Part shown: positions 23,533-36,899 of the stretch, in pieces
How the letters are laid out: each line of letters begins with the position of its first letter
How positions within the stretch are numbered: position 1 is the first letter of the stretch
Source: Felis catus
Taxonomy: Eukaryota
Direction: 5' to 3'
DNA: 64,000 nt
Assembly: GCF_018350175.1 (NCBI RefSeq)
Contig: NC_058368.1
Location: 219,110,001 to 219,174,000, forward strand
Position numbers and translations under genes: made by a program
The notes under the pieces: generated by a model
What the model saw: the letters and a program-made list of their open reading frames with translations, nothing else
Databases searched by the model: none
What the model was told of the DNA's origin: nothing

Positions 23533-26500
23533 ATGGCACTAAATTCATATCTTTCAGTACTCACTCTAAATGTCAATGGACTAAAATGCTCCAATCAAAA
23601 GACATAGGGTATCAAAATGAATAAGAAAACATGAACCATCTAATGCTGCTTACAAGAGACTCATTTTAGACCCAAAGACATCTGCAGGTTGAAAGTAAGG
23701 GAATGGAGAATCATCTATCATGCTAATAATCATCAAAAGAAAGATGTAGTAGCCATACTTACATTAGAAAAACTAGATTTTAAAATAAAGATCCTAACAA
23801 GAAATGAAGAAGGGAAATATATCATAATTAAGTGGTCTATACACCAGAATCTAACAATTGAAAACATTTATTCCCCAACATGATAGCACCCAACTATATA
23901 AATCAATTAATCACGAACGTAAAGAAACTCATTGCTAATAATACAGTAATAATAGGGGACTTCAACACCCCACTTACAACAATGGACAGATCATCTAAGC
24001 AGAAAATCAAAAGGAAACAATGGCTTTAATGACTCACTATATTAGATGGACTTAACAGATATATTCAGGACATTTAATCCTGAAGCAGCAGAATACACAT
24101 TCTTCTTGAGTGCACATGGAACATTCTCTAATAGAGATCAAATACTGGGTCACAAATCAGCCCTCAATATGTACAAAAAGATCCAAATCGTATCTTGCAT
24201 ATTTTGATACCACAAGGCTATGAAACTTGAAATCAACCACAAGAAAAAAATTGGAAAGACCATGAATACTTGAAGATTAAAGCACATCCTACTAAGAAAT
24301 GAATGGGTTAACCAATAAATTAAAAAAGAAATTAAAAAGTACATGGAAGCCAAGGAAAATGAAAACATGATAGCTCAAAACCTCTGGGATGCAGCAAAGA
24401 CAGTCATAAGAGGGAAGTACATAACAATGAAGGCCTTCCTAAAGAAGGAAGGTCTCAAATACACAAGTAAACTTACACCCAAAAGAGCTGGAAAAAGAAC
24501 AGTAAATAAAGTCCAAAACTGGCAAAAGGAGGAAAATAATAAAGATAATAGCAAAAATCAGTGATATCAAAAAAAAAAAAAAAAACAGTAGAAGAGATCA
24601 ATGAAACCAGGAGCTGGTTCTTTGAAAGAATTAATGAAATTGATAAACCTCTAGCCAGATTGATCAAAAATAAAAAGACCCAAATAAATAAAATCATGAA
24701 TTAAGGAGGAGAGATCACAACCAACATCACTGAAATACAAACAATAGTAACAGAATATTATAAGCAATTATAAGCCAACAAATTGGGCGATCTGGAAAAA
24801 ATGGACAAATTCCTAGAAACATATAAACTACCAAAACTGAAACGTGAAGAAATAGAAAATTTGAACAAACCCATAACCAGTAAATAAATTGAATCAGTAA
24901 TCAAAAATCTCCCAAAAAACAAGAGACCAGGACCAATGGCTTTCCACAGGAATTCTACCAAACATGTAAAAGAGAGTTAACACCTATTCTTTTGAAGCTG
25001 TTCCAAAAATAGAAACGGAAGTAAAACTTCCAAACTCATCCTATGAGGCCAGCATTACCTTGAGTCCAAAACCAAAGACCCCAGTAAAAAGACCAATTTC
25101 CCTGATGAACATGAATGCAAAATTTCTCAATGAAAAATTTCTCTTAATAGATGCCGAAAAAGCAATTGACAAGTACAGCATCCTTTTGTGATAAAAATCC
25201 TCAAGAAATTAGGGATAGAAGGATCATACCTCAAGATCATAAAAGTCATATATGAAAGACCCACCATTAATATCATCCTCAATGGGGAAAAACTGAGAGC
25301 TTTCCCCCTCGGGTTGGGAACACAACAAGGATGTCCACTCTCACTACTTTCATTCAACATTGTGTTGGAAGTCCTAATCTTAGTAATCAGACACCACAAA
25401 GAAATAAAAGACGTCCACATTGGCAAGGAGGAAGTCAAACTTTCACTCTTCACAGATGACATAATACTCTATGCGGAAAACCCGAAAGACTCCACCAAAA
25501 AACTACCAGAACTGATCTATGAATTCACCAAAGTTGCAGGATATAAAATCAATGTACAGAAATTGGTTACATTTCTAGACATCAATAATGAAGCAGCAGA
25601 AAGAGAAATCAAGGAATTGATACCATTTACAATTGCACCAAAAAACCATAAAATACCTAGGAATAAACCTAACCAAAGAGGTGAAAAATCTATACACTGA
25701 AAACTATAGAAAGCTTATGAAAGAAATTGAAGAAGACACAAAAAAAGTGGAAACACATTCCATGCTCATGGATTGGAATCCCAATCCCAATAAAAATATT
25801 GGGATGCAATCCCAATAAAAATAGCACCAGCATTCTTCACAGAGCTGGAACAAGCAATCCTAAAATTTATATGGAACCACAGAAGACCCTGAATAGCCCA
25901 AGCGATCCTGAAAAAGAAAACCAAAGCTGAAAGCATCACAATTCTGGACTTCAAGATGTATTGCAAAGTTGTAATCATCAAGATATTATGGTACTGGCAG
26001 AAAAACAGGCTCATGGATCAATGGAACAGAATAGAGAACCCAGAAATGGACCCACAAACATATGGCCAACAAAATTTTGACAAAGCAGGAAATAATATCC
26101 AAAGGAAGTAAGACAGTCTCTTCAGCAAATGGTGTTGGGAAAATTAGACAGCGACATGTAGAAGAATGAATTTAGACCACTTTCTTACAACATAACGGAA
26201 ATAAACTCAAAATGGATGAAAGGTCTAAATGTAACACAGGAATCCATTAAAATCCCAGAGGAGAAAACAAGCAACAACCTCTTTTACCTCAGCTGCAGCA
26301 ACTTCTTACTCAATACGTTTCTAGAGACAGAGCATGGGTGGGGGAGGGGCAGAGAGAGGGAGACAGAATCTGAAGCAGGCTCCAGGCTCTGAGCTGTCAG
26401 CACAGAGGCCGACACGGGGCTTGAACTCATGGACCAGGAGATCATGACCTGAGCTGAAGTCGGATGCTCAACCGACTGAGCCACCCAGGCGTCCTAACTG

Positions 26501-27150
26501 ACATTTCTGTTAAAGGGTTAGTATCCAAAATCTATAAAGAATTTATCAGATTCAACACCCAGAAAACAAATAATCCAGTGAAGAAATGGGTAAAAGACAT
26601 GCATAGACACTTTCCAAAGGAGACAGCCAGATGGCTAACAGACACATGAAAAAAATGCTCAACATTACTCATCATCAAGGAAATGCAAATCAAAACCACA
26701 GTGAGATACTACCTCACACCTGTCAGTGTGGCTAAAACTAATAACTCAGGCAACAAAAGATGTTGGTGAGGATGTGGAGAAAGAGTAACTCTTTTGAAAT
26801 TCTGGTAGGGATACAAACTGGTGTGGCCGCTCCGGAAAACAGTATGGGGGTTCCTCAAAAAATTAAAAATAGGACTACCCTATGACCCAGCAATTGCACT
26901 ACTAGGTGTTTATACAAATGATACAGGAGTGCTGATTCGAAGGGGCACATGCACATCGATGTTTATAACAGCACTATTGACAATAGCCAAATTATGGAAA
27001 GAGCCCAAATGTTCATTGATGAATGGAGAAAGAAGATGTGGTATATAAATAAAATGAAATATTATATGGCAATCAAAAAGAATAAAGTCTTGCCATATGC
27101 AATAACATGGATTGACCTAGAGTGTATTATGCTAAGTGCAATAAGTCAGA
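23533..27150 (+). pseudogene. Disrupted L1 ORF2 (endonuclease / reverse transcriptase), non-functional
   Basis: Starts atggcactaaattcatatctttcag...aatgtcaatgga; broken into many short frames by stops, frameshifts, deletions and a SINE. Confidence 0.9.
26323..26494 (-). mobile_element. SINEC_Fc-type SINE lacking its A tail, inside the L1
   Basis: agagacagagcatgg...ccacccaggcgtcc; no poly-T and no TSD. Confidence 0.93.
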
Positions 27151-28029
27151 GAAATACAAATATCATGTGTTTTCACTCATATATGGAATTTAAGATACAA
27201 AACACATGAACATAAAGGAAAGGAGGCAAAGATAAAAACAGAGAAGGAGACAAACCATAAGAGACTCTTAAATACAGAGAACAAACTGAGGGTTGCTGGC
27301 AGGGTGTCGGGTGGGGTGATGGGCGAAATGGGTGATGGGCATTAAGGACACTTGGGATGATTGAACACTGGATGTTACATGTAAGTGATGAATCACTAAA
27401 TTCTATTCCTGAAATCATTATTATACTATATGTTAACTAACTTGGATTTAAATTCAAATAAGGGAAAAAAACAAAAACAGAATTTTATTTCTCACAGCTC
27501 TGGACGCTGGAAGGAAAAGATCAGAGTGCCAGCATGGCTGGGATTTTGGTGAAGGTACTTCCTGATTTGCAGACAGCTCTTATGAGGCTGCATCCTCACA
27601 TAGCTGAAGAGGTAAAAGATCTTTGAGTTCTCATTTATATGGGCACTAAACCCACTAATGAGGACTTGATCCTCATTATCTAATCATCTCCCCAAGACCC
27701 CACCTGCTAATACCACCATATTGAAGTTAAGATTTCAACATATGAATCTGGGGTGGGGGGGTCACAAACATTCAGCTCATAAGAACAATGGTAGAGTCAG
27801 TATTTCAGCTACTGCTCACTGTAAGGAAAGAGACCAGTGAAATCAACCATCTGATATGAATGCATATATACATACATACATACAATGTCCTGAGGAAAAA
27901 AAAAGAATCCAAAAAGCGTACAAGATACCATCAATATTGTCTTGTATGTAACCAGACTATGTAGCCTGTGAAGGAAAAAAAAACTATGATATGTAGCAAA
28001 AAACAAAACAAAACAAAACAGAATAGAAA

Positions 28030-28518
28030 TAGAGATCTTTCTTGACTTATAGTAGGCTTATGTTCCAATAAACCCATTATAAACTGAAAATATTGTAAGT
28101 CAAAAATGTATTTAATATACCTACCCATCAAACATCATAGCTTTGCCTAGCCTACCTTAAGTGGGCTCAGAACACTTATTAGCCTATAGTTGGGCAAAAT
28201 CATTTCAAACAGAGCCTATGTTATACACAGTTTTAAATAACTCATATAGTTTATTGAGCTTCACTGAAATTGAAACAGAATGGTTGTGTGGGTGCAGAAC
28301 AGCTGTATTTACCCTTGTGACCACACAGCTGACTGGGAGCTGTGGCTTGCTGCCACTGCCCCCCATCACAGTGGAATATTAAACTGTATATTGCTAGTCT
28401 GGAAAAAGATCAAAATTCAAAATCCAGAGTGCAGTTTGTGCTGAGTGCATATCACTTTTACACCATCGTGAAGCCAAAAGTCATAAATGGAACCATTGTA
28501 AGTTAGGGATGATCTCTA
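28030..28518. mobile_element. Tigger5/MER47-type non-autonomous DNA transposon
   Basis: Imperfect TIRs tagagatctttcttgacttat / gtaagttagggatgatctcta with TA ends; internal ataaacccatt...gcctagcctaccttaa...gttgggcaaaatcat. Confidence 0.8.
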
Positions 28519-28929
28519 GTGAGATTTTGAGACCTTTAAAGCAATTAGAATAAATACATTTAAAGGAAATATGTTAATAGTAAGTAACATATATGGAATA
28601 TCAGCAAAGAAACAAAAAGCTATGCAAATAAATCAAGTGAAATTGATAGATATTAGAAGTAAAATATTTGAAATTAAAAGTTCACTGTATGGGTTTTAAA
28701 CAGTGTTACAAATGGCAGAAGAAAACATTAGTGAACTATAATATACCATTTATTAGTGAAAATTATTCATTGTGGAGATTAAATAAAACTAAAGTATTGA
28801 AAAAATGTCTCATTGAAAACTGAGTTTATATCAAGGAGTCTCTAGTTTATCTATGTAGCAGAAAAATACTTGAAAAAGTAGTGTCATAATATATCTGGTA
28901 TACAGTGAAAAATATACAGTTAAATACCT

Positions 28930-31900
28930 ATGTGTTGTATAGATGTTTGTTAGTGCTCATTGGCTTATAGTGGTGCTCATGTCTTCTGTTTCCTCATTGA
29001 TTTTCTGACTAGTTGTTCTTCCAATTATTGAAAATAAGATCTTAAAATCTTCAACTATTATTGACTTTTCTATGTCTCCCTTCAATTCTATCAAGTTTTG
29101 CATCATGTAATTTAGTTCTCATTTCTTAGGGGAACCTATGTTTCTAAGTGTTATATCTGTTTGATAGTTTGGCCATCTTATTATTATAAAATGTCCCTAT
29201 TTATCTCTGGCAACATAATTTTGTTTAAGGGACTGTTTTGTGTGATATAAGAAAATTATGGTTATTGTTTGCATGATATATTTTTTCGTCTTTTACCTTT
29301 CAAACTATTTGTGCCTTTAAATCAAACGTGTGATTCTTATAGATAACATATAGCTGGATTTTTTTTATGCAGCCTGGTAATCTCTGCCTTTTGACTAGAT
29401 TATTTAAATAATTCATGATTTAATGTTATTATTGATAGAATTAGATTTTGAATTACATTTTACTTTTGTTTTCTATGTGTTGAATGGCTTTTTGTTCTAT
29501 ATGTATCTTCTGCTTTCTTTTATGTTAAATATTTTTCTATAACATTTAAATTCCTTTAATGATATTTCATTATACTTTTGAGTTATTATTTACTAATTAC
29601 ACTACTGCATAGCATATACATCCTATCAGAATCTATTCAGACTTTTACTAATATAATTCCAGGGAGATACAGATATATAATTACTATATAATTGTATTCT
29701 CCATTTTTGTTATTATTGCTACAAATATTACATCTATGTATGTTAATGTCTCAGCAATATATATTATATAATATATAATAATTACTTTATAAAACTTCCT
29801 GCCTTTTAAGGAACTGAGAAAAGGAAAGAGTTCAAGTGTATGTTTATAGAGTTTATTAATCTTTTTACTAACCATTTCTAGTTGTCTTTATTTGTTCTCA
29901 TGGATTCAAAATATATCTGGTTTCATTTTCTTGCTTCCCAGTTTTGCTGCCACCCATCTCCTTTATGTAGTTACTATCAATATGTTATTTTTCTGTGTTA
30001 TGGGTCCACCAATACAATTATGTATATATTGGTTTATTTGAGTCCTTTAAAATCAAATAAAATAAGCAAAGAGAAGAAATATACTCTTGTACTTTCTTTA
30101 TAATTGCATAGCTACTGTTATTAGTCCTGTTTTCTCATGTGGATTTGAATAACTGTCTGGGATAACTTGCTCTGAGTCTATAGAATTGTCTTTAGTATTT
30201 CTTCTAAGGTGGGTTTGCTAGCCAAAGTTTCTCAGTTCTGTTTTCCTGAAAATTCTTTTGTTCACTTTTTTTTTTTGAGAGAGAGGTAGAGAGGGTGCAC
30301 ACGTAGGGGAGAGGGACAGAAGAAGAGAGACAGAATCTTAAGCAGGCTCCATACTCAGCGTGTAGCCCTACTTGGGACTCAATACCACCATCCTGGGATT
30401 ATGACCTGAGCCAAAATTAAGAGTCAGATTTTGAACTGACTGAGCCACCCAGGCGCCCCCATTTCACCATAATTTTTGAAAGATAGTTTGGCTTGCTATA
30501 AAATTCATGGTTGACAGGTTCACTTTTTTTCCCCCCCTATCATCATTTTTCCTATGTTATCTTATTGCCTTCTGGCCTCCATTGTTTCTGAGGACAAGTC
30601 GAAGTGTAAATATTTTGTGGGTTTCCTAATATTTGTTGAATCATTTTTTTCTTGGTGCTTTCAAGATATTATCTTTGTCTTTGTCTTCCAACTTTTTCTC
30701 TCTGATCTGTCTGTATATATATCTCTTTGCTTTGTGCTAGCTGGGTTCATTGACTTTCTTAGACTTATGGATTACTATTTTGGATTTGTTAAAATCAAAT
30801 TGGGAAGTTTTAGTCATTATTTTTTTAATATCTTTTCTACTCCTTTTTCTGTCTCCTCATCTCATGATATTCCATTTATGCACATGTTGGCACACTAAAG
30901 AGTATTCTTCATTTGTCTGTTTATTTTTCTTCATTATTTTTACCTCTATTATTCAGACAGCAAAAATCTCTGTTGATTTATTTTCAGGTTTGCTGATTCT
31001 TTGCCAGATCAAATTTATATTTGAATACCTCTAGTGAATTTTTTATTTCAGTCATTATATTTTTCAAATCCAAAATTACAATTTATTTTTCACATAATTT
31101 TTTATCTCTTTATTGATATTTTATATTCAATGAGACATCATCATCACACTTCCCTTTACCCCTTTAAACATTGCTTCCTTTTGTTTTTTGAACATATTTG
31201 TAATACCTGCTTTGAAGATTTTGTCTCTTAACTCCATCATCTGTGCCCTTCAAAGGCAGTTTCTATTATCTGCTTTTTCTTGCAGATGGGTTACACTTTC
31301 TTGTTTCTTTGCATGTCTCATAATTTTTGTTGAAAATTGGAACTTTTAGATAATTTATTTTCAGTAACTCCCTCCTTTGACTTTTGATAGTTGTTTTTGG
31401 TAATATGTGCTTGTTTATTTGTTCATTTGTGAGTAGACTGGACTATTTTAGTGAAATATATTTCCCTCACTGTCTAAAGCTGCTGATGTTATTCCTCTCA
31501 AACTTTAGCCTTGGATGTGCACACAGTCACCTTTTGATAACAGTGTTTTTAATAGTGCTGTCTTTGATGGTCTCTTTTCTTGATCTCTTTGTAAAGCTGT
31601 CTGCCCACCTTAAAATTATACCCAATTTTTTTTTTGTTCTAGTAATTACCAACTGCTTATATTTTTGTATTCAACAGTGTCTTAGGGTTAAATTGTTCCA
31701 CAATGTACTTCAGTTATATTTGATCCATTCTGTGGGTTTGGTTTTTGATGCTGGTCTTTGAGATTTATTCAAACCCCAAAAGGGCTCTTCTTAACCATCT
31801 CTTTCCCTAATTCTCTCTGTTAAGTTTTTAGTCAGCCTATGATTTAAGTTTATTGACATTGTGGAACTACTGGCCTCCCTTTAACAACCTACCACCAAAA

Positions 31901-31930
31901 TGTCCATTGTTTTAGAGAATGCCCTTAGGC
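28930..31930 (-). mobile_element. Old, heavily diverged L1 (L1M-type; ORF1 / ORF2 5' region)
   Basis: T-rich antisense L1 motifs (aaatcttcaactattattg...ccttcaattctatcaagttttg; ttattgccttctggcctccattgtttctgaggacaagtc). Confidence 0.7.
30266..30460 (-). mobile_element. Older CAN-SINE
   Basis: gacagaatcttaagcaggctcc...atgacctgagccaaaattaagagtcag...gagccacccaggcgcccc. Confidence 0.92.
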
Positions 31931-31946
31931 TTCAACTTCCCCACCC

Positions 31947-32163
31947 TTTTTTTAAATTTTTTTTTTACATTTATTTATTTTTGAGAGACAGAGCACAAGT
32001 GGGGGAGGGGCAGAGAGAGAGAAGGAGATACAGAATCTGAAGCAGGCTCCAGACTCTGAACTGTCAGCACAGAGCCCGACACAGGGCTTGAACTCACAAA
32101 CCGGGAGATCATGACCTGAGCCGAAGTCGGATGCTTAACCAACTGAGCCACCCAGGCGTCCCC
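31947..32163 (-). mobile_element. SINEC_Fc-type SINE (first of tandem pair)
   Basis: Full antisense SINE with poly-T. Confidence 0.95.
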
Positions 32164-32170
32164 CCTCCAG

Positions 32171-32375
32171 TTTTTTTTAATGTTTATTTATTTTTGAGAG
32201 AGACAGAGTACGAGTGAGGGAGGGTCAGAGAGAGAGGGAGACACAGAATCTGAAGCAGGGTCCAGGCTCCCAGCTGTCAGCACAGAGCCCGACGGGTGGC
32301 TCAAACCCACAAACCATGAGATCATGACCTGAGCTGAGGTCGGAAGCTTAACAGACCTAGCCACCCAGGCGCCCC
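32171..32375 (-). mobile_element. SINEC_Fc-type SINE (second of tandem pair)
   Basis: Full antisense SINE with poly-T, 7 bp from the first. Confidence 0.95.
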
Positions 32376-34613
32376 TTAATGGCGGTCTGATTATTCTTAG
32401 CCTGCCCCATCTGAGGTAGAGTTTGTGCCCTCCGTAGAGGTAGAAAACCCAGACCTCTCAGCTGTTCTTGCCTGAAATAGCACTTCTGCAACAGAGTTAG
32501 GGAGACAAGAATTTCTGGTGCCTTACTCTTCCTGAGAAGAAACAGTAGCCTTAGACTAGGAGCTGGAGATAGTGAAAACTGTATTCTACCATGGAATTCA
32601 CAGAGATATGGCTTCCATTAGATTAAGTTGGTACAGGATGAGAAGGGAGTGGGTCAAGGCCCAAATGCCACAGACTCTTGCTGTTCTTACTGAGATTTAA
32701 TACTTCGTGAAAAAAAATGTTGTTATTAACTGTGTGCCCTTAGGACACCATTTCAGAAGTCATGTCAGCATGAGCATTTAAAATATAATACCACTTCATG
32801 AACTTGATATTATTAATACCATGCCCATGAAATCAAGTGCAAGAGGTAAATCTCAAGAATATGCTATTTTCATAAATTTAGCCTACCTCTTCTTCAATAA
32901 CATGTTAGAATATGTAACTTTAAGGATAATAAAGTCACAATTTTATTAGATGGAATTGTGGTTTTATGACTCAATCAGTGTAAATTTGATTCCAAATATC
33001 TGATTCCAGTATCTGATTATTTTCTACCTATTAGGAAAGAAAGAAAGTGAAAAAAAGGAAAAAACTATGAAGTACTTAAATATTAAAAGAAAAAAGAAGC
33101 AAAAATAATATTTTGTGCATTAACATAAAAGCAGATAAATATCATAAATGGAGAGTAAACAGGAGTAATTTCCACTGATTAATATTTAAAAATCTAAAAT
33201 CTAAAAATTTAAATAATACCCAATAGAATGGGTATATCTCCTTGAAGTAGGCACTTTGTTATTAATAAAAATATTAATGTGGTATAATAATAAATATAAA
33301 TGTATAACAAATATAGTTATATAATAAATATAATCATAAATTCAGTGGTTTCTCTTTGTTTACAAAATCTAAAAATCCATGTTCAATTTTGAATTGTTTT
33401 TATGGTTATCTGCTCCTGTCTACTAGAATTGACTTCAATTTTTTAAAACTTCTGCTTGAATGCTGGTCTACCTTACCAGATGCTTGTCCTCTCACTATGG
33501 ATTTTATAGCTAAGACATAACTATCTGACTTTTTAAAATATAGTGAAGAATGTGTTCATTTGATAAATAGTAAAATATTCATTTTTAATATTAAAAAACA
33601 CCAAAAAACTACCTAAAATCATGATTTTCACTTTATTGAATTAGAATACAAAATGTTAATGAAGCATATGAGTTTGGAAGAGATATATGATCAACATTCC
33701 ATTGAACTTTATAAAAATTTTAAATTACAATGAAACTTTATACTATATCTGTCTAAGTAGAACAATTTCTTTTAGTGTGGCCAAACATAACACTTATAAA
33801 CGAAATGGTTTTAGGGCTTTGTAAATGTCTTCTGTAAAGTTTATAAATGGAAGACCTATTTTTCTACTGGTGATTTATCACTAAAGAATTGTGTCAGCTA
33901 TTTAAAAGTTATTCTTCAACATAATAAATGTTGTCATGTTATGTAGAACAACTACATATAAATGACAACTCTGGCCAATAAAATTAAACTATTTTAATAA
34001 AAAGAAGGTAAAGCTTCTGCTGAATATCAATTATAAGTGTGACTTTTATACTTTCAGTTATATCACTAATCTCTTTTGTATAATCACTAACCCACTCACC
34101 CTTTGTTCTCCCTGGGATCATCTCCTAAATAGACTTTGTGCACAATTGTCTCAGGACCTTCTTTGGAAGGATCCCAAACTAAAAAGTTGGTGCTAAGAAG
34201 TGAGATCATATTTTAAAGATGACAGATAAAACAGGAAAATCCAAGGTTAGAGGGAGTCTATATGTTTTTAACAGTTGATGAAATTCACACTGTAGAACAG
34301 TTAAAACTCTGATAGGAAGATATGGAATCCTGAGAATTGACATAAGAGCATTCAATCCTCCTGTTTGCCTGGTGTTTAGAGCCTAAACCATTTTGGCCAG
34401 TAGAAGGGGTCCCTTTCACCTTGCTGTGGCAAAACAGTCTTCCATTGCCAAGAAACCATGAAAAGACCTCAAAAGATTATGTTTATCCTACTCAAAATAT
34501 AGTTTTGCCTCCATGTTGCTTCTAGACCAAAATTTAATCAGGTATAAGTATAGCCTCAGCAGTGAAGAAACATTTCCTACAATAAAAGGAAGTGGATTTT
34601 TACCCAAACCCCC

Positions 34614-34617
<4 letters not shown>

Positions 34618-34696
<79 letters not shown>

Positions 34697-34780
34697 AAAA
34701 TGTATGTATGTATATAAGTGTGTGTGTATATTTATATACATACATATACATATACATATATATATACACACACATATATT
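34618..34780. repeat. Compound (GA)n(GAAA)n plus TA/CA-rich microsatellite
   Basis: Direct reading. Confidence 0.95.
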
Positions 34781-35269
34781 TAAAAAATAAAGAGAAAGAA
34801 CCACAACAGAATTGGGTTACTAGTTATCAGTAGGAACCAGAAGAATACCTGTGGGTGTGAAACTTGAAAGTTTTGAACTAGGTCATAGGAAAGGCTAGTA
34901 GTAGAAATTTATTTATATGAGATCATTATCCCATAACGCAGGAACTTGACTTATGTTGCTAGAATAGCTTGCCAAGCCAGAAAACAATGACAGTACTTGG
35001 TAAATGAGATGAAGATGTGGAACTGTTGGGCAGAGTTTTGAGGCAGGGTTGAACACCTCAGAAAGGCAGGCAAAATATTATATATTTATTACATAAAAAC
35101 TGAGAACAATCAGATAAATATATTCCCCAAAACAGTCCAGAGGACACTGCTTCCATTAAGGTGATAAAAAACAGCAACAGAAACAATACTTCAACATTAT
35201 TTAGTATCTCATTGTGGTAACCCAAAGCTTTATAGGAAAAAGTTCTACCAGCTTCAATTAAAAGAGACT

Positions 35270-35499
35270 GGGGCGCCCTGGTGGCTCAATGGGTTAAGCA
35301 GCTGACTCTTGTTTTTGGCTCAGGGCAAGATCTCATGGTTTGTGGGTTTGAGTCCTGAGTAGGGCTCTGTAATGATGGTGTGGAGCCTGCTTGGAAGTCT
35401 CTCTGTCTCCCTCTCTCTCTCTGCCCCTCCCCAACTCGTACTATCTCTCTCTTTTTCAAAATAAATAAACTTAAAAAATGTGTTTAAAAAAAAAAAAAA
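35270..35499 (+). mobile_element. CAN-SINE
   Basis: ggggcgccctggtggctc head, CT-rich body, A tail; TSD-like agactgg on both sides. Confidence 0.93.
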
Positions 35500-35857
35500 G
35501 ACTGGTGGCTTTCAGAAAGTAAAAATACTTTTAAGTCCATGTCAGAAAGCATGCTGACAGAACTCTTCAGTTAATAGGGTGGGTATATTCTCTAATATCT
35601 AATATGATATGACTAAGGAAAATAGAAAAGGAAGGATTTCTTTTCAAAGCACAATCAAGAACCATGAAGAACAAAGGTCTGGACAATACTGTCAGGGAGC
35701 AAACCTGGGTTATCGAAACAGTCCACATGAGGCATTTACTTATTTAATTTTATTTTTTTAGCTTTCTGAGTACTTGTCTCTGAGAAATTGAATTAAAAAA
35801 AATAACAACCTGGCAATTTTTAATCTTATTTTTTTGAGCAATCCCAACTGTCTTTAT

Positions 35858-35898
35858 GTTATATATATATGTGTGTGTGTGTGTGCGTGTGTGTGTGT

Positions 35899-35970
<72 letters not shown>
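35858..35970. repeat. (TA)n(TG)n(TA)n microsatellite
   Basis: Direct reading. Confidence 0.95.
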
Positions 35971-35973
<3 letters not shown>

Positions 35974-36010
35974 AATTCATGTTAGTTAACATACAGTGCA
36001 TACATATTTC

Positions 36011-36220
36011 TTTTTTTTTTAATGTTTATTTATTTTTGAGAAGGAGAGAGAGCTCAAGCAGGGAAGATACAGAGAGAGAAGGAGACACAGAATCAGAAGC
36101 AGGCTCTAGGTTCTGAGCTCTCAGCACAGAGCCCAATGCGGGGCTTGAACTCACAAACCATGAGATCATGACCTGAGCCAAAGTTAGATGCTTAACTGAC
36201 TGAGCCACCCGGGCACCCCC
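36011..36220 (-). mobile_element. SINEC_Fc-type SINE
   Basis: Full antisense SINE; TSD agtgcatac / agtgcacac. Confidence 0.93.
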
Positions 36221-36899
36221 AGTGCACACCAATTTTAAATTCAATATTTGCAACAAGTGTAAAAGTGTTTGGAATTTTGCAACAACAGGAAAGTATAAAA
36301 TGGAAATCATAGTCGATTTTTCTTCATACTGTTAAGAAACTTTTGATATTTAAATTCCAGAAGAGAAAGTTTATTATATTTTTTGCTTTTTTAAAAAAAT
36401 TTCTAGCTGTTTTGTAAAACTGAAATGTCCACTTTTTAAATTTTGATATTTATTTTTGTCTTACCTATTAAGAGCAGAATATTAAGTTGGGAAAATGAAA
36501 AAAAAAGAAAGAAAAGAAGAAGAAGAAACAATCCATATCTCCAGGGTAATGGAACTTCACATTAATAACCCAGAGGTTTTCAGAATTGCTCTACTCCAGT
36601 GAACACTGTATGTTTCCAACTGTGATTATCTTCTCTTTTCCCACCATTTTAAGTTGAGTATATGGAGGGTACATAATTTTTATTTTTTATTTCACAAGTA
36701 TTATGAAGAGAATTCCTATCTAATTCTGCTGAAGATTATAAGATTCTAGACCTCAAGTATGATGAGATGTGACTTTCTGGGTGTCCTGTGGAGGGAATGA
36801 GTTAACTGACACGTGAAAGAAATGTGCATAAGACTGTGGATTGTGATAGATTGGAATACTCCTCTCAGTACTTTACTTTGTTCCCTCTTCTATGTGATT

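Larger units (their letters stand above)
23329..27472 (+). mobile_element. 5'-truncated carnivore/felid L1 (ORF1 C-terminus, ORF2, 3'UTR, A tail)
   Basis: ORF-track pieces match L1 ORF2: endonuclease region (NLWDAAKTVIRGKYI), RT ([17 protein letters not shown]), C-terminus ([11 protein letters not shown]); carnivore 3'UTR; short TSD aaaaaca. Confidence 0.97.
23276..27787 (-). mobile_element. MaLR LTR (MLT1A/B-type) split by the L1 insertion (pieces 23276-23328 and ~27473-27787)
   Basis: tcttagtttgggctgctataa...gtggcttaaaaaca continues as aaaaacagaattttatttctcacagctctgga...gatttcaacatatgaat...aaacattcag. Confidence 0.8.

Noticed and set aside
25188..25700. 170-aa ORF with reverse transcriptase motifs, as a possible domesticated or novel RT gene
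   Set aside because: It is a fragment of the decayed L1 ORF2, bounded by frameshifts and deletions, with the catalytic motif altered (FTDD).
30554..31761. Hydrophobic F/L/I-rich ORFs resembling membrane proteins
   Set aside because: They come from T-rich antisense old L1 sequence; a compositional artefact.
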